A stretch of DNA of 11,708 nucleotides from Candidatus Micrarchaeia archaeon (GCA_038740245.1 JAVYLZ010000020.1:1-11708); one strand, 5' to 3'; numbered from the stretch's first letter, positions 1 through 7,170 are shown. The notes: generated by a model from the sequence alone, not told the origin. Made by a program: numbers and translations.

Positions 1-420
1 AAAGGGCCCCTTAAAGTGGATACACAGGACGTCCCATTTATCCTTATGATATTCAGTATAAATGCAGCCGCAAGTGTTGTAGGGTATGATATGTTCAAAA
101 ATCCTCTTGCCGGGCCGTTTTTCATTGGAGCAGCACTGCTATTGCTGTACATCAATAGGCTAGCAATAACCATGCTTTTAACCAGATTATATGGGTTGTT
201 TTCCAAAGCCAGTTTATATGGTAAGGTTGAGGGTGCGAGTGTAGGCATACTTCTTGTATTGTTGCTGCTATCACTTCCACTCCTCATAAACATTACTACT
301 GGCAACAACGGAACGTCAGTTGCAAATGTGATTGCGCATTACGCCGGCTATGTGTGCGGCATGCTTTTTCCTTTGTTTTTATCTCATAACCCGTTGACCA
401 ACCGCATAAAAACCAAATAG
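1..420 (+). CDS. Rhomboid-like intramembrane serine protease, C-terminal part (5' end outside window)
   Basis: The frame is open from base 1 (KGPLK precedes the listed GTG). It encodes several hydrophobic helices and ends with NVIAHYAGYVCG (His codon 337-339), matching the rhomboid final-helix AHxxGxxxG catalytic-His motif. No correctly spaced GxSG catalytic Ser is visible in the window. Confidence 0.55.
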   Translation, partial: KGPLKVDTQDVPFILMIFSINAAASVVGYDMFKNPLAGPFFIGAALLLLYINRLAITMLLTRLYGLFSKASLYGKVEGASVGILLVLLLLSLPLLINITTGNNGTSVANVIAHYAGYVCGMLFPLFLSHNPLTNRIKTK

Positions 421-846
421 GCCGGCGGCAAGCAGGATTATCAGTGCCGGGCCGGGGCACTGCCGCTCAACTTCACCACAGTCAAACGATGCCCATTTCA
501 TACACTCATCGGCCGATTTGTAGCACGCCTGCACGGTGCCTTCCTGGCAATCAAACTTATCATTGCCTGATGATGATTCAGACAGGCATTTTGACAGCTT
601 TGACACGCATTCCTGCGGGGCATTGCATTCGCCGGCATAATATCTTGCGCTCATAATCGGGTACTGGGCGCTGAGGCAGGAGAGCCCTTGGGTCTTATAC
701 ATATCCGCACACGCCTTATCCATCTTTCCGTTCTCGTCAAATTTGCAGTTTGCACACGCGTTTTTGTAGGCATCAAGCGAGCAGCCTGCCACGGCCAAAT
801 TCAGCAGGAGAATGAGAAACATAACCGCTTGGATGATGTGTCTCAT
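379..846 (-). CDS. Exported Cys-rich protein (155 aa) with C-terminal Cys + TM helix + basic tail
   Basis: Start moved to ATG 846 (MRHIIQ) to remove the overlap with the upstream gene. Signal peptide ends LAVA/GC. It has 13 Cys and ends QCPGPALIILLAAGLFGFYAVGQRVMR. Its 3' end overlaps the rhomboid-like gene convergently by 42 nt. Confidence 0.8.
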   Translation of the reverse strand: MRHIIQAVMFLILLLNLAVAGCSLDAYKNACANCKFDENGKMDKACADMYKTQGLSCLSAQYPIMSARYYAGECNAPQECVSKLSKCLSESSSGNDKFDCQEGTVQACYKSADECMKWASFDCGEVERQCPGPALIILLAAGLFGFYAVGQRVMR

Positions 847-872
847 GCTAGATAATATTAAATAAAAGTTTT

Positions 873-1739
873 TTAATTCCTCGCAGCCCATTTCTCCATG
901 CTAAACAGGACCTTCATCTCACAGTCAGAATTGCCCTTGCACTCGCTCACCTGAAACATCATTCCAGATTCCATTGCCTTGTTCCACCGTGCCAGACCGA
1001 TGCAGCGGTATTTCCAGTCTATGCTTGTGATGCTGTTGCAGTGGCTTTCATCACCTGTAACCATTGCAAGGCACATTGCCTTGGAATCTGCATCACCGCC
1101 ACCGGAAGCCGCCCTGAACTGCTCACACGCCCGCTTATCTTTGGTAATCTCCGCATAATCCATCAGGCACGTGTACCCGCCGTTGCACTGCTCAAGCGTA
1201 ATCTCGCCCTTCTCCATTTTTATGTTAGCTTGGCAGTTTTCGGGGCTTTTTGATTTTTCACAATAACTTGAATCAAGCGTGGCGACCGCATAATGCCCAT
1301 AGCAGTCCGTTGAAATAGTCAAATTCACAACCTTGCCGTTATGGTCAATACCGGTAACGAACGGGTTAACAGAATCACACATGGCAGGCTTCTTCATTAC
1401 CGCCGCTATCATAGATTCACATGCTTCCTTCTCTGCGTACTCCCTTTGAAGCTCACATTTGTCAACATTGCCGCTGAACACAGCCTCACACATCTGCCTC
1501 CAGCGTGTTGATTTCATTGTATTGCATATTGGGAGCATGTATTTGGAGTAATCAACAGCAGAGCTGCCAGTAGCGCCCCCACTATTACCCTCTCCGGTAA
1601 CCGTGCCCGCACCTGTGGTATCATCTCCATAACCAAACAGTGTAGATTGGTTTTTTTCAGTGAGGTCTTTCCCAGTTTCAACAAGCGGGCAGCTCAGCAA
1701 AACTAGAAGTATCCCACCAAGCAGCAACTTCTCGTACAT
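873..1739 (-). CDS. Putative lipoprotein with Gly/Thr linker and tandem two-Cys repeats (288 aa)
   Basis: Start at ATG 1739 (MYEKLLLGGILLVLLSC, lipobox-like) with a TATA 29 nt upstream. It has a G/T/S-rich linker and repeated C-x(10-16)-C units such as CYGHYAVATLDSSYC, CLMDYAEITKDKRAC and CLAMVTGDESHC. Confidence 0.8.
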   Translation of the reverse strand: MYEKLLLGGILLVLLSCPLVETGKDLTEKNQSTLFGYGDDTTGAGTVTGEGNSGGATGSSAVDYSKYMLPICNTMKSTRWRQMCEAVFSGNVDKCELQREYAEKEACESMIAAVMKKPAMCDSVNPFVTGIDHNGKVVNLTISTDCYGHYAVATLDSSYCEKSKSPENCQANIKMEKGEITLEQCNGGYTCLMDYAEITKDKRACEQFRAASGGGDADSKAMCLAMVTGDESHCNSITSIDWKYRCIGLARWNKAMESGMMFQVSECKGNSDCEMKVLFSMEKWAARN

Positions 1740-1760
1740 GCATCCAAATTCAATGCAAAA

Positions 1761-1768
1761 AAATATAA
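1761..1768 (-). promoter_or_regulatory. TATA box (TTATATTT) for the 873..1739 gene, probably leaderless
   Basis: Lies at -29..-22 relative to ATG 1739. Confidence 0.5.
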
Positions 1769-1784
1769 GCAATTAAAATGGCCA

Positions 1785-2645
1785 TTACTTGGTCCATACA
1801 CACTTATTGCTTACGCACTTGCACTTTAGGCCGTACGGCTCTGGCTTATAGCAGGGCTTGTCGCAGCTGCTCATTATAATGCCCTCAGACTTTGCCTGGC
1901 ATATCTGCGAGTTGCAGCCGCCGCGTGTGCAGTCGCTGTCACTCTTGCACGCGCCTTCAGTTGACCAGCCGCAGAACCCTTCCACCGGCGCACTTTCCTT
2001 ATCCCTGCACGCCACTATGGCCGGGAATGATGTGGACACCGTGCATTCCTTTTCAGGTGGGCACAGTTCGCACGGGTCTCCTGGATAGCAGCGCGGCTTG
2101 GCATACCCTGGCAGGCGGTAGCAGTCCGCGCCTTTTGGGCAGTCAGAGATGGAGCTGCATTCCGCACCAACGTTTGCGGCTGCTTGCCCCTGTGTGCGCG
2201 TCTGCTCTTTTTTCACAATTTTGCACTGGTGGTTAACGCACTTGGTCTCAAACATTGCAGAAATCCCTGTGCAATAATCCGGGCACTGTTTTTCAACATT
2301 GACAAAAGGCCTGCTGCCAACAAAGCATTCTCCGGTTATTATGTGCGTGCCGCACCCACAATCACTATCTGCAGCACAATAATTTGGCCGCTCATGTGTG
2401 CACTCACTGCGGCTGTACGCAACAGCTTCACATTTGGCGCCGTTTGGGAACTCGCACACTGCATGCTCACCGCTGCCTTCCTGTACGATTGTAATCCTGC
2501 CCCCGTTATCTGCACAGTATTTGTATGGATCTTCCACATTGCTGGCGGATGATGCGTTTGTGCCAGTGCTTGGGTTCTCAGGGGTTGTGCAGCCTAGGGC
2601 GAGCATACAGGCAATAAGCAATAATGAATACGCTTGCAGCTTCAT
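1785..2645 (-). CDS. Cys-rich lipoprotein with DUF333 domain and C-terminal eight-cysteine-cluster-like domain
   Basis: Lipobox LALG-C. DUF333-like segment DPYKYCADNGG...AVCEFPNGAKCEAVAYSRSEC. Further CxxDSDC modules follow. The C-terminal FCGWSTEGACKSDSDCTRGGCNSQIC...CKCVSNKCVW (1788-1976) resembles the TIGR04289 eight-cysteine-cluster domain. Confidence 0.8.
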   Translation of the reverse strand: MKLQAYSLLLIACMLALGCTTPENPSTGTNASSASNVEDPYKYCADNGGRITIVQEGSGEHAVCEFPNGAKCEAVAYSRSECTHERPNYCAADSDCGCGTHIITGECFVGSRPFVNVEKQCPDYCTGISAMFETKCVNHQCKIVKKEQTRTQGQAAANVGAECSSISDCPKGADCYRLPGYAKPRCYPGDPCELCPPEKECTVSTSFPAIVACRDKESAPVEGFCGWSTEGACKSDSDCTRGGCNSQICQAKSEGIIMSSCDKPCYKPEPYGLKCKCVSNKCVWTK

Positions 2646-2676
2646 GGGCTAAAATTATGTGCAAAAGCTTTAATCG

Positions 2677-2982
2677 CTATCTGGAGGTAAATGATTTTGC
2701 TGCAAGCAAAAGTGCAGCGCATCCGAGTATTACTGCCCCAATCTTGCACTCAATAGGGTCTTTTATATCACTCTTGTCTATATGGCTAGAATAATAGTGT
2801 ATCGTCTGTGCAGTACAATTAGAGACACATTCCGCATATTGCGGCTGCGGCCGCCAGCACCTGTCCCATTCGCTGTCCCACTTGCCTTTGTAATCCTTGC
2901 AGCATTGGACTTCACAGTTGGTCCCGGCATACACTGTGCATAGCATGACTAGGGCTGCAAGCGCAAAGATAAGCTTAGCCAT
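2677..2982 (-). CDS. Small exported three-disulfide protein with C-terminal Cys + TM helix + basic tail
   Basis: Signal peptide MAKLIFALAALVMLCTVYA. Mature part has C-x3-CC-x13-C-x9-C-x3-C, and the tail is IECKIGAVILGCAALLLAAKSFTSR. Start 2982 is preferred because of a TATA at -29; 2988 is the alternative. Confidence 0.75.
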   Translation of the reverse strand: MAKLIFALAALVMLCTVYAGTNCEVQCCKDYKGKWDSEWDRCWRPQPQYAECVSNCTAQTIHYYSSHIDKSDIKDPIECKIGAVILGCAALLLAAKSFTSR

Positions 2983-3003
2983 GTGCATAATTCAATGGAA
3001 ACC

Positions 3004-3011
3004 ATTAAAAA
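3004..3011 (-). promoter_or_regulatory. TATA-like element (TTTTTAAT) for the 2677..2982 gene
   Basis: Lies at -29..-22 relative to ATG 2982. Confidence 0.4.
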
Positions 3012-3022
3012 TAATGCACCTT

Positions 3023-5167
3023 TTATTGCCCCTTTGCCGTGCGTATGCGGACCTTGCAGTTTGGCTTGCCGCCGCACACCTTTTGCTCAATCTTGCGTAT
3101 GGCATCCTCAGAGAGCTCATCGCTATTTGCAATAAGCCTGTGATATGCATCCATTGCCTTTTTCCTTGTGCTGTCAATTTTCTCGGTTACCTTTTGCATG
3201 AGCGGCCCACTTTCATTTATGTGCTCATACGCAGTTATGCCGCCGGCTATGGCTGCTGATACTGCTACTGCCGTTGCACAGGCAACTTTAAGGTACTTAA
3301 AAGTCATGGGTTTTCTGTGTGGCCTAAACGCCTTGTTGCACATCTCAAGCGTGCTGCGTATGCTTTGCTGCGCCCGCTTGTCTTTGTCAATATACACAAA
3401 TGGGACACTGTGGCGCTGTGCAACATCAAGTATATGCGATGCCTTGGTGACACGCCGGCCTTCAACGATATCCTCAACTATTGACTCTGCGAGGCGGCGC
3501 GCCAGCTTGTACCCGCTGTCCTTATTCATTGCAATCATTGTTGAGCTCAGGTTAAGCAGCTGCTCAAACGCCGCGCTCTCAGTTGGGAAGCTGTCAGACT
3601 TGCCGTGCGCCTCCATCTCGCTCAAGAAACGTATGAGCTCAAACGGTTCCTGGGCCTTAAATACACCAGCGGGGCTGGCAGCAGTTTTCTCCTGCCGTGC
3701 AGCCTCCTCAAAATATTCAGGCGGCACCGGCGGCGGCTGCGGCACACCTGCAACAGCGGTCTTTTCCAAATCTGCATTCTTATCCTCACTGTTAGATGCC
3801 TCAACACCCTTGCCATCAGATGCCCCGAAAAATTCCTTCAGCTCATCATCTTTGGGGGATACTTTTTGGGTCGTGGCGCATGCTTCGCTCGGGGGCGTTT
3901 CGGTAACGCTCCAGTGCTCATCCCTTGCGTGAACATCAACTGCCGGATATGCTACAACCTCTGTTTTTTCTTCAGGAAGATTAACTGCATCATCAGGCAA
4001 GCCGGCCAAAATCTGGCGGGTTATGCGCTTGTTCCGTGCATCAACCCCCAGCTTGCATATCTCAGGTGAAACTGTTTCCAAAAGCGCCTCGTGCTGTGCG
4101 GCCTCATCCTCAGAAAGGCTGCCCAGTGCGGAGACAAGCATGCCAAGGTCGTCACGCAGGCCGCTTATGTTTGCGTTCAATTCGGCAATCTGCTCGGCCA
4201 GAAAATCCATTTTCTTGCCCTGTGACTCATTTGCGGCCGTAAGGTTGCGCTCAAGCCCCTGCACACGCGCATCTATTGAGCGCAACATCCCCGCAATCTC
4301 CTGCAGATTTTTGTCATGGCGCTCAGATGTGCTTTCAATATTCATAACCCTGAATGACAATGTATTCAGGTTGTGTTTTATGCTCTTCAGCTCAGGCCCT
4401 ATCGCAAACAATGCCTTCTGCTGGTCTTCAGAAAGCTCAGCCGTTTGCCGCTTTGCATTTTCAGATGAATGCACCAGTTCATGCTTGGCAAGGTTCTCGC
4501 TGATGGCAGCCACATCACGCCCAAGCTTCCGTACCGTGCTGTACATCTCCCAGATGCGCTGGCGGTCTGCCTCCTCAAATACCACTTTGCTTTTCTGCGG
4601 CTCTGCATCCTGAGGAGTGATGGCCTCCAGTGATTTATCAATCTCCTCATTCGCTGGGGTAACCGGCTTTGGGGCATGCCCCGCCTTTAGGCTCTCGTGC
4701 GCCATTGTGAACTTCTCAAGCGATTTTTCGGATGCGCCGCCGTTCTTAAGCCGTGAGATGATTGCATCAGAATACTTAAGCATCTGGTCGCGGTTCCGCT
4801 GCAGGATCGCATAATGGTTGTCTATTACGGATATCAGCCGTGCAATGCTATGGCTGAAATAGGGTGCGTTTTGCTCGCAGTATACTGAAACCGTTTCTGC
4901 AACAGTTTTTGTCTCACTGAGCGCGCCGAGTACTGCGCCCATCATGCTGATGTTGTTGCGCGTGGGCGCATGCTTAGTGGACTCAAGGGATACAAGCATG
5001 CCTTCCAATGTGGCAGATTCCTGCCGTATCCTACCTATGAACTGCTCCCTCTGCTGCAAGGGGGTTTTTTCATCAATGGAATTGAGGCCCTCCACAAGCA
5101 TAAGCTGGAGCTCACGCAATTTTGAATCAATCTCATCAACAGTTGCTTTCCTAAGCTCTGATACCAT
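3023..5167 (-). CDS. Large hypothetical coiled-coil protein with a near-C-terminal TM helix (714 aa)
   Basis: Long ORF. Start ATG 5167 (MVSELRK) follows GGCGGGA and avoids overlap with YkgJ. It has heptad-like helical segments, an acidic/Pro-rich linker and the hydrophobic segment VACATAVAVSAAIAGGITAY near the C-terminus. Confidence 0.85.
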   Translation of the reverse strand: MVSELRKATVDEIDSKLRELQLMLVEGLNSIDEKTPLQQREQFIGRIRQESATLEGMLVSLESTKHAPTRNNISMMGAVLGALSETKTVAETVSVYCEQNAPYFSHSIARLISVIDNHYAILQRNRDQMLKYSDAIISRLKNGGASEKSLEKFTMAHESLKAGHAPKPVTPANEEIDKSLEAITPQDAEPQKSKVVFEEADRQRIWEMYSTVRKLGRDVAAISENLAKHELVHSSENAKRQTAELSEDQQKALFAIGPELKSIKHNLNTLSFRVMNIESTSERHDKNLQEIAGMLRSIDARVQGLERNLTAANESQGKKMDFLAEQIAELNANISGLRDDLGMLVSALGSLSEDEAAQHEALLETVSPEICKLGVDARNKRITRQILAGLPDDAVNLPEEKTEVVAYPAVDVHARDEHWSVTETPPSEACATTQKVSPKDDELKEFFGASDGKGVEASNSEDKNADLEKTAVAGVPQPPPVPPEYFEEAARQEKTAASPAGVFKAQEPFELIRFLSEMEAHGKSDSFPTESAAFEQLLNLSSTMIAMNKDSGYKLARRLAESIVEDIVEGRRVTKASHILDVAQRHSVPFVYIDKDKRAQQSIRSTLEMCNKAFRPHRKPMTFKYLKVACATAVAVSAAIAGGITAYEHINESGPLMQKVTEKIDSTRKKAMDAYHRLIANSDELSEDAIRKIEQKVCGGKPNCKVRIRTAKGQ

Positions 5168-5198
5168 TGCTATCCCGCCTATTTCATTTAGTTTGGTG

Positions 5199-5206
5199 TT
5201 TATATA
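5199..5206 (-). promoter_or_regulatory. TATA box (TATATAAA) for the coiled-coil gene, overlapping the YkgJ stop codon
   Basis: AAACC-TATATAAA lies at -39..-32 from ATG 5167, leaving room for a short leader with an RBS. Confidence 0.55.
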
Positions 5207-5793
5207 GGTTTCCTTTTTCGCAGGGCGTTGCTTAGAAACTCCTCGAGCGGGCCCCCGCCATTCGCATTCCATAGATGTGCAATGCACGTATACCTTTTGA
5301 GTGCATTTTCGTATATATTTAGGCCCTTTTTATATGCTCCGGCACTCCTGCCGGCAGGATGCCACTTGGCAGGGCAGGCCCTCTGCCCAACCTCTTTCAT
5401 CCCGCTTACGAAAGGATATGTCCGGCACAATAAGGGGCGGGCCGGGTATATGCTGCAGCCCTCTTGCGAATAAAAAATGCATCTCCGGCCGCTGCCCGCC
5501 CATTTCAGCACCAAAAGCGAAGGTATTCCATCTATAAGCACGGCGGGCTCCCTGCGCTCACGTGTTTCGGGTGCGGGGATGGCTTGCACAAACTCGGCTG
5601 GCCGCAAACCCGTATGCTGCGATATGCGCACAATATCCTCGGGCATGATGCACACACCGAATGATATGCAGCATTTGCCGCAGCGCATGCACGAGCGCAA
5701 AGCCGGTGCCTGGCGTGCTCCACATTTTGAGCTAATGCGCCCAAGGATGCTCTTTCTTGCAGCCCGCGTTTCCGCACAGCCTGTCTTTCCCAT
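5200..5793 (-). CDS. YkgJ family cysteine cluster protein (CxxCxxCC, putative Zn/Fe-chelating)
   Basis: Motifs CMRCGKCC ... CIFYSQEGCSIYPARPLLCRTYPF ... CP are present. The start is uncertain (ATG 5793 or TTG 5802). Confidence 0.85.
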   Translation of the reverse strand: MGKTGCAETRAARKSILGRISSKCGARQAPALRSCMRCGKCCISFGVCIMPEDIVRISQHTGLRPAEFVQAIPAPETRERREPAVLIDGIPSLLVLKWAGSGRRCIFYSQEGCSIYPARPLLCRTYPFVSGMKEVGQRACPAKWHPAGRSAGAYKKGLNIYENALKRYTCIAHLWNANGGGPLEEFLSNALRKRKPI

Positions 5794-5821
5794 ATTAGGC
5801 AACGCTCCCTATGGATACCCA

Positions 5822-7018
5822 CTAGTAGCCGCGCTTGATGTGGTCATGGACGCTCATGAACTCTTTCACTTCCTCGCTGCGCGTATCATGTGTATCCCAG
5901 CCGGCACGCCTGCGCCTGCGTTCGTGCTGCTGCCTGTAATCCTTAACGTGTGTACGCGGCCGCAGGCCCTGCTGCACAGGGTCAGTGCCATCACCCATAA
6001 AGGTAATTGCATAACCCACCGCACCCATTCTTCCTGTGCGGCCTATGCGATGCCTGTGCGTGTCCGCATCCACCGCCTCATCATAGTTTATCACGTAATC
6101 CACATTATCTATGTGCAGCCCGCGTGCGGCCACATCGGTTGCAATAAGTATGTTGTGCCTGCCGTGCTTGAACCCCTCCAGCGCGTTCTCACGTGCCTTC
6201 TGCGACATATCGCCGTGTATGCACGCCGCACGGAACCTGCGCTCATGCAGCCGCTCCTTAAGCATGTCCGCCCACCTTTTTGTTGAGACGAACACCAGCA
6301 CCTTGCCGTTCCCCGCTTCCTTTAAGTATTCCAAAAGCTGCGGGAACTTTTTGTTGCGCGGCACCAGTATGCGCTTCTCAATTATGTTCGTGCCAATTAT
6401 CTCAGTTTTGACTATAACCTCCTCGTATTTCGGGATGTGCCCGCGTATCAGCTCTGCAACCTTGCCGTCCAAAGTTGCCGAGAACAGGTGCGTATTCTTT
6501 GGGCGCACCATTGAGAGTATCCTCTTAATATCGTCAATGAAGCCCATATCAAGCATCCTGTCCGCCTCATCAAGCACGACCGCCTGGAAGTGCGACGGCG
6601 ATATGGTCCTCCTCTCAAAATGGTCCATTAGACGCCCCGGTGTGGCACATAATATATCCACCCTGCCTGAAAGCGCCTCAATCTCGCCCTCAATCCCGTG
6701 GCCGCCGTACACGGCAAACACCCTGAGCCCCGTGTGCTTGTTTATCTTGCGCAGCTCCTCTTTCACCTGCACCACAAGCTCTCTTGTGGGGCCGAGTATG
6801 AGCACTGGGCCGGACTTCTTGCTGAAAACCAGCTCTGAAAGCGCAACACCGAACGCGGCTGTCTTGCCGCTTCCGGTAAAGCTCTTCGCAATAACGTTGT
6901 GCCCCGCAAGCACACGCGGTATCACTTCTGCCTGCACTTCAGTTGCAGTATCATACTTCATCTCCGCCAAAGCGGCCTTTAGCTCGCCGCATATGGCCAT
7001 ATCCTCAAATTTCCACAT
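5822..7018 (-). CDS. deaD: DEAD-box ATP-dependent RNA helicase
   Basis: Q motif (ATEVQ), TGSGKT, PTREL, GG, TPGRL, DEAD(RMLDMGF), SAT, HGDMSQ, TDVAARGL and HRIGRTGR are all present. It has an Arg-rich tail and an RBS AGGTGA upstream of the ATG. Confidence 0.95.
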   Translation of the reverse strand: MWKFEDMAICGELKAALAEMKYDTATEVQAEVIPRVLAGHNVIAKSFTGSGKTAAFGVALSELVFSKKSGPVLILGPTRELVVQVKEELRKINKHTGLRVFAVYGGHGIEGEIEALSGRVDILCATPGRLMDHFERRTISPSHFQAVVLDEADRMLDMGFIDDIKRILSMVRPKNTHLFSATLDGKVAELIRGHIPKYEEVIVKTEIIGTNIIEKRILVPRNKKFPQLLEYLKEAGNGKVLVFVSTKRWADMLKERLHERRFRAACIHGDMSQKARENALEGFKHGRHNILIATDVAARGLHIDNVDYVINYDEAVDADTHRHRIGRTGRMGAVGYAITFMGDGTDPVQQGLRPRTHVKDYRQQHERRRRRAGWDTHDTRSEEVKEFMSVHDHIKRGY

Positions 7019-7126
7019 TTACGTTTCACCTTTGTCTCTTAATCTGTTCCACTGTTGTACTCCGATTCAAAACAGGAATAGAACCAGAATACTCCCGATG
7101 TAACAGCTAGTTTAAGGGAAGGGTTG

Positions 7127-7140
7127 TTTATATAGTTTTG
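7127..7140 (-). promoter_or_regulatory. BRE/TATA (CAAAAC-TATATAAA) for the DEAD-box helicase
   Basis: Consensus-like archaeal promoter about 110 nt upstream of ATG 7018, implying a leader of roughly 85 nt. Confidence 0.6.
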
Positions 7141-7170
7141 CACACGCGGGATATGAGGCTGCGGCCTACC

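Noticed and set aside
229..246. EGASVG as the rhomboid catalytic GxS motif
   Set aside because: It is only 33 residues before the His, versus about 53 in GlpG, which is too short for the intervening helix. It is probably coincidental.
3168..4613. Long plus-strand ORFs 3168..3932, 3605..4069 and 4023..4613
   Set aside because: They are antisense shadows of the 714-aa gene, mostly Ser-rich, with no motifs or promoter support.
5168..5287. N-terminal 40-aa extension of the 754-aa ORF
   Set aside because: It overlaps the YkgJ gene and spans the TATA box. ATG 5167 has RBS and promoter support.
5477..7103. Plus-strand ORFs 5477..6286 and 6111..7103
   Set aside because: They are antisense to the well-supported YkgJ and DEAD-box helicase genes and have no recognisable features.
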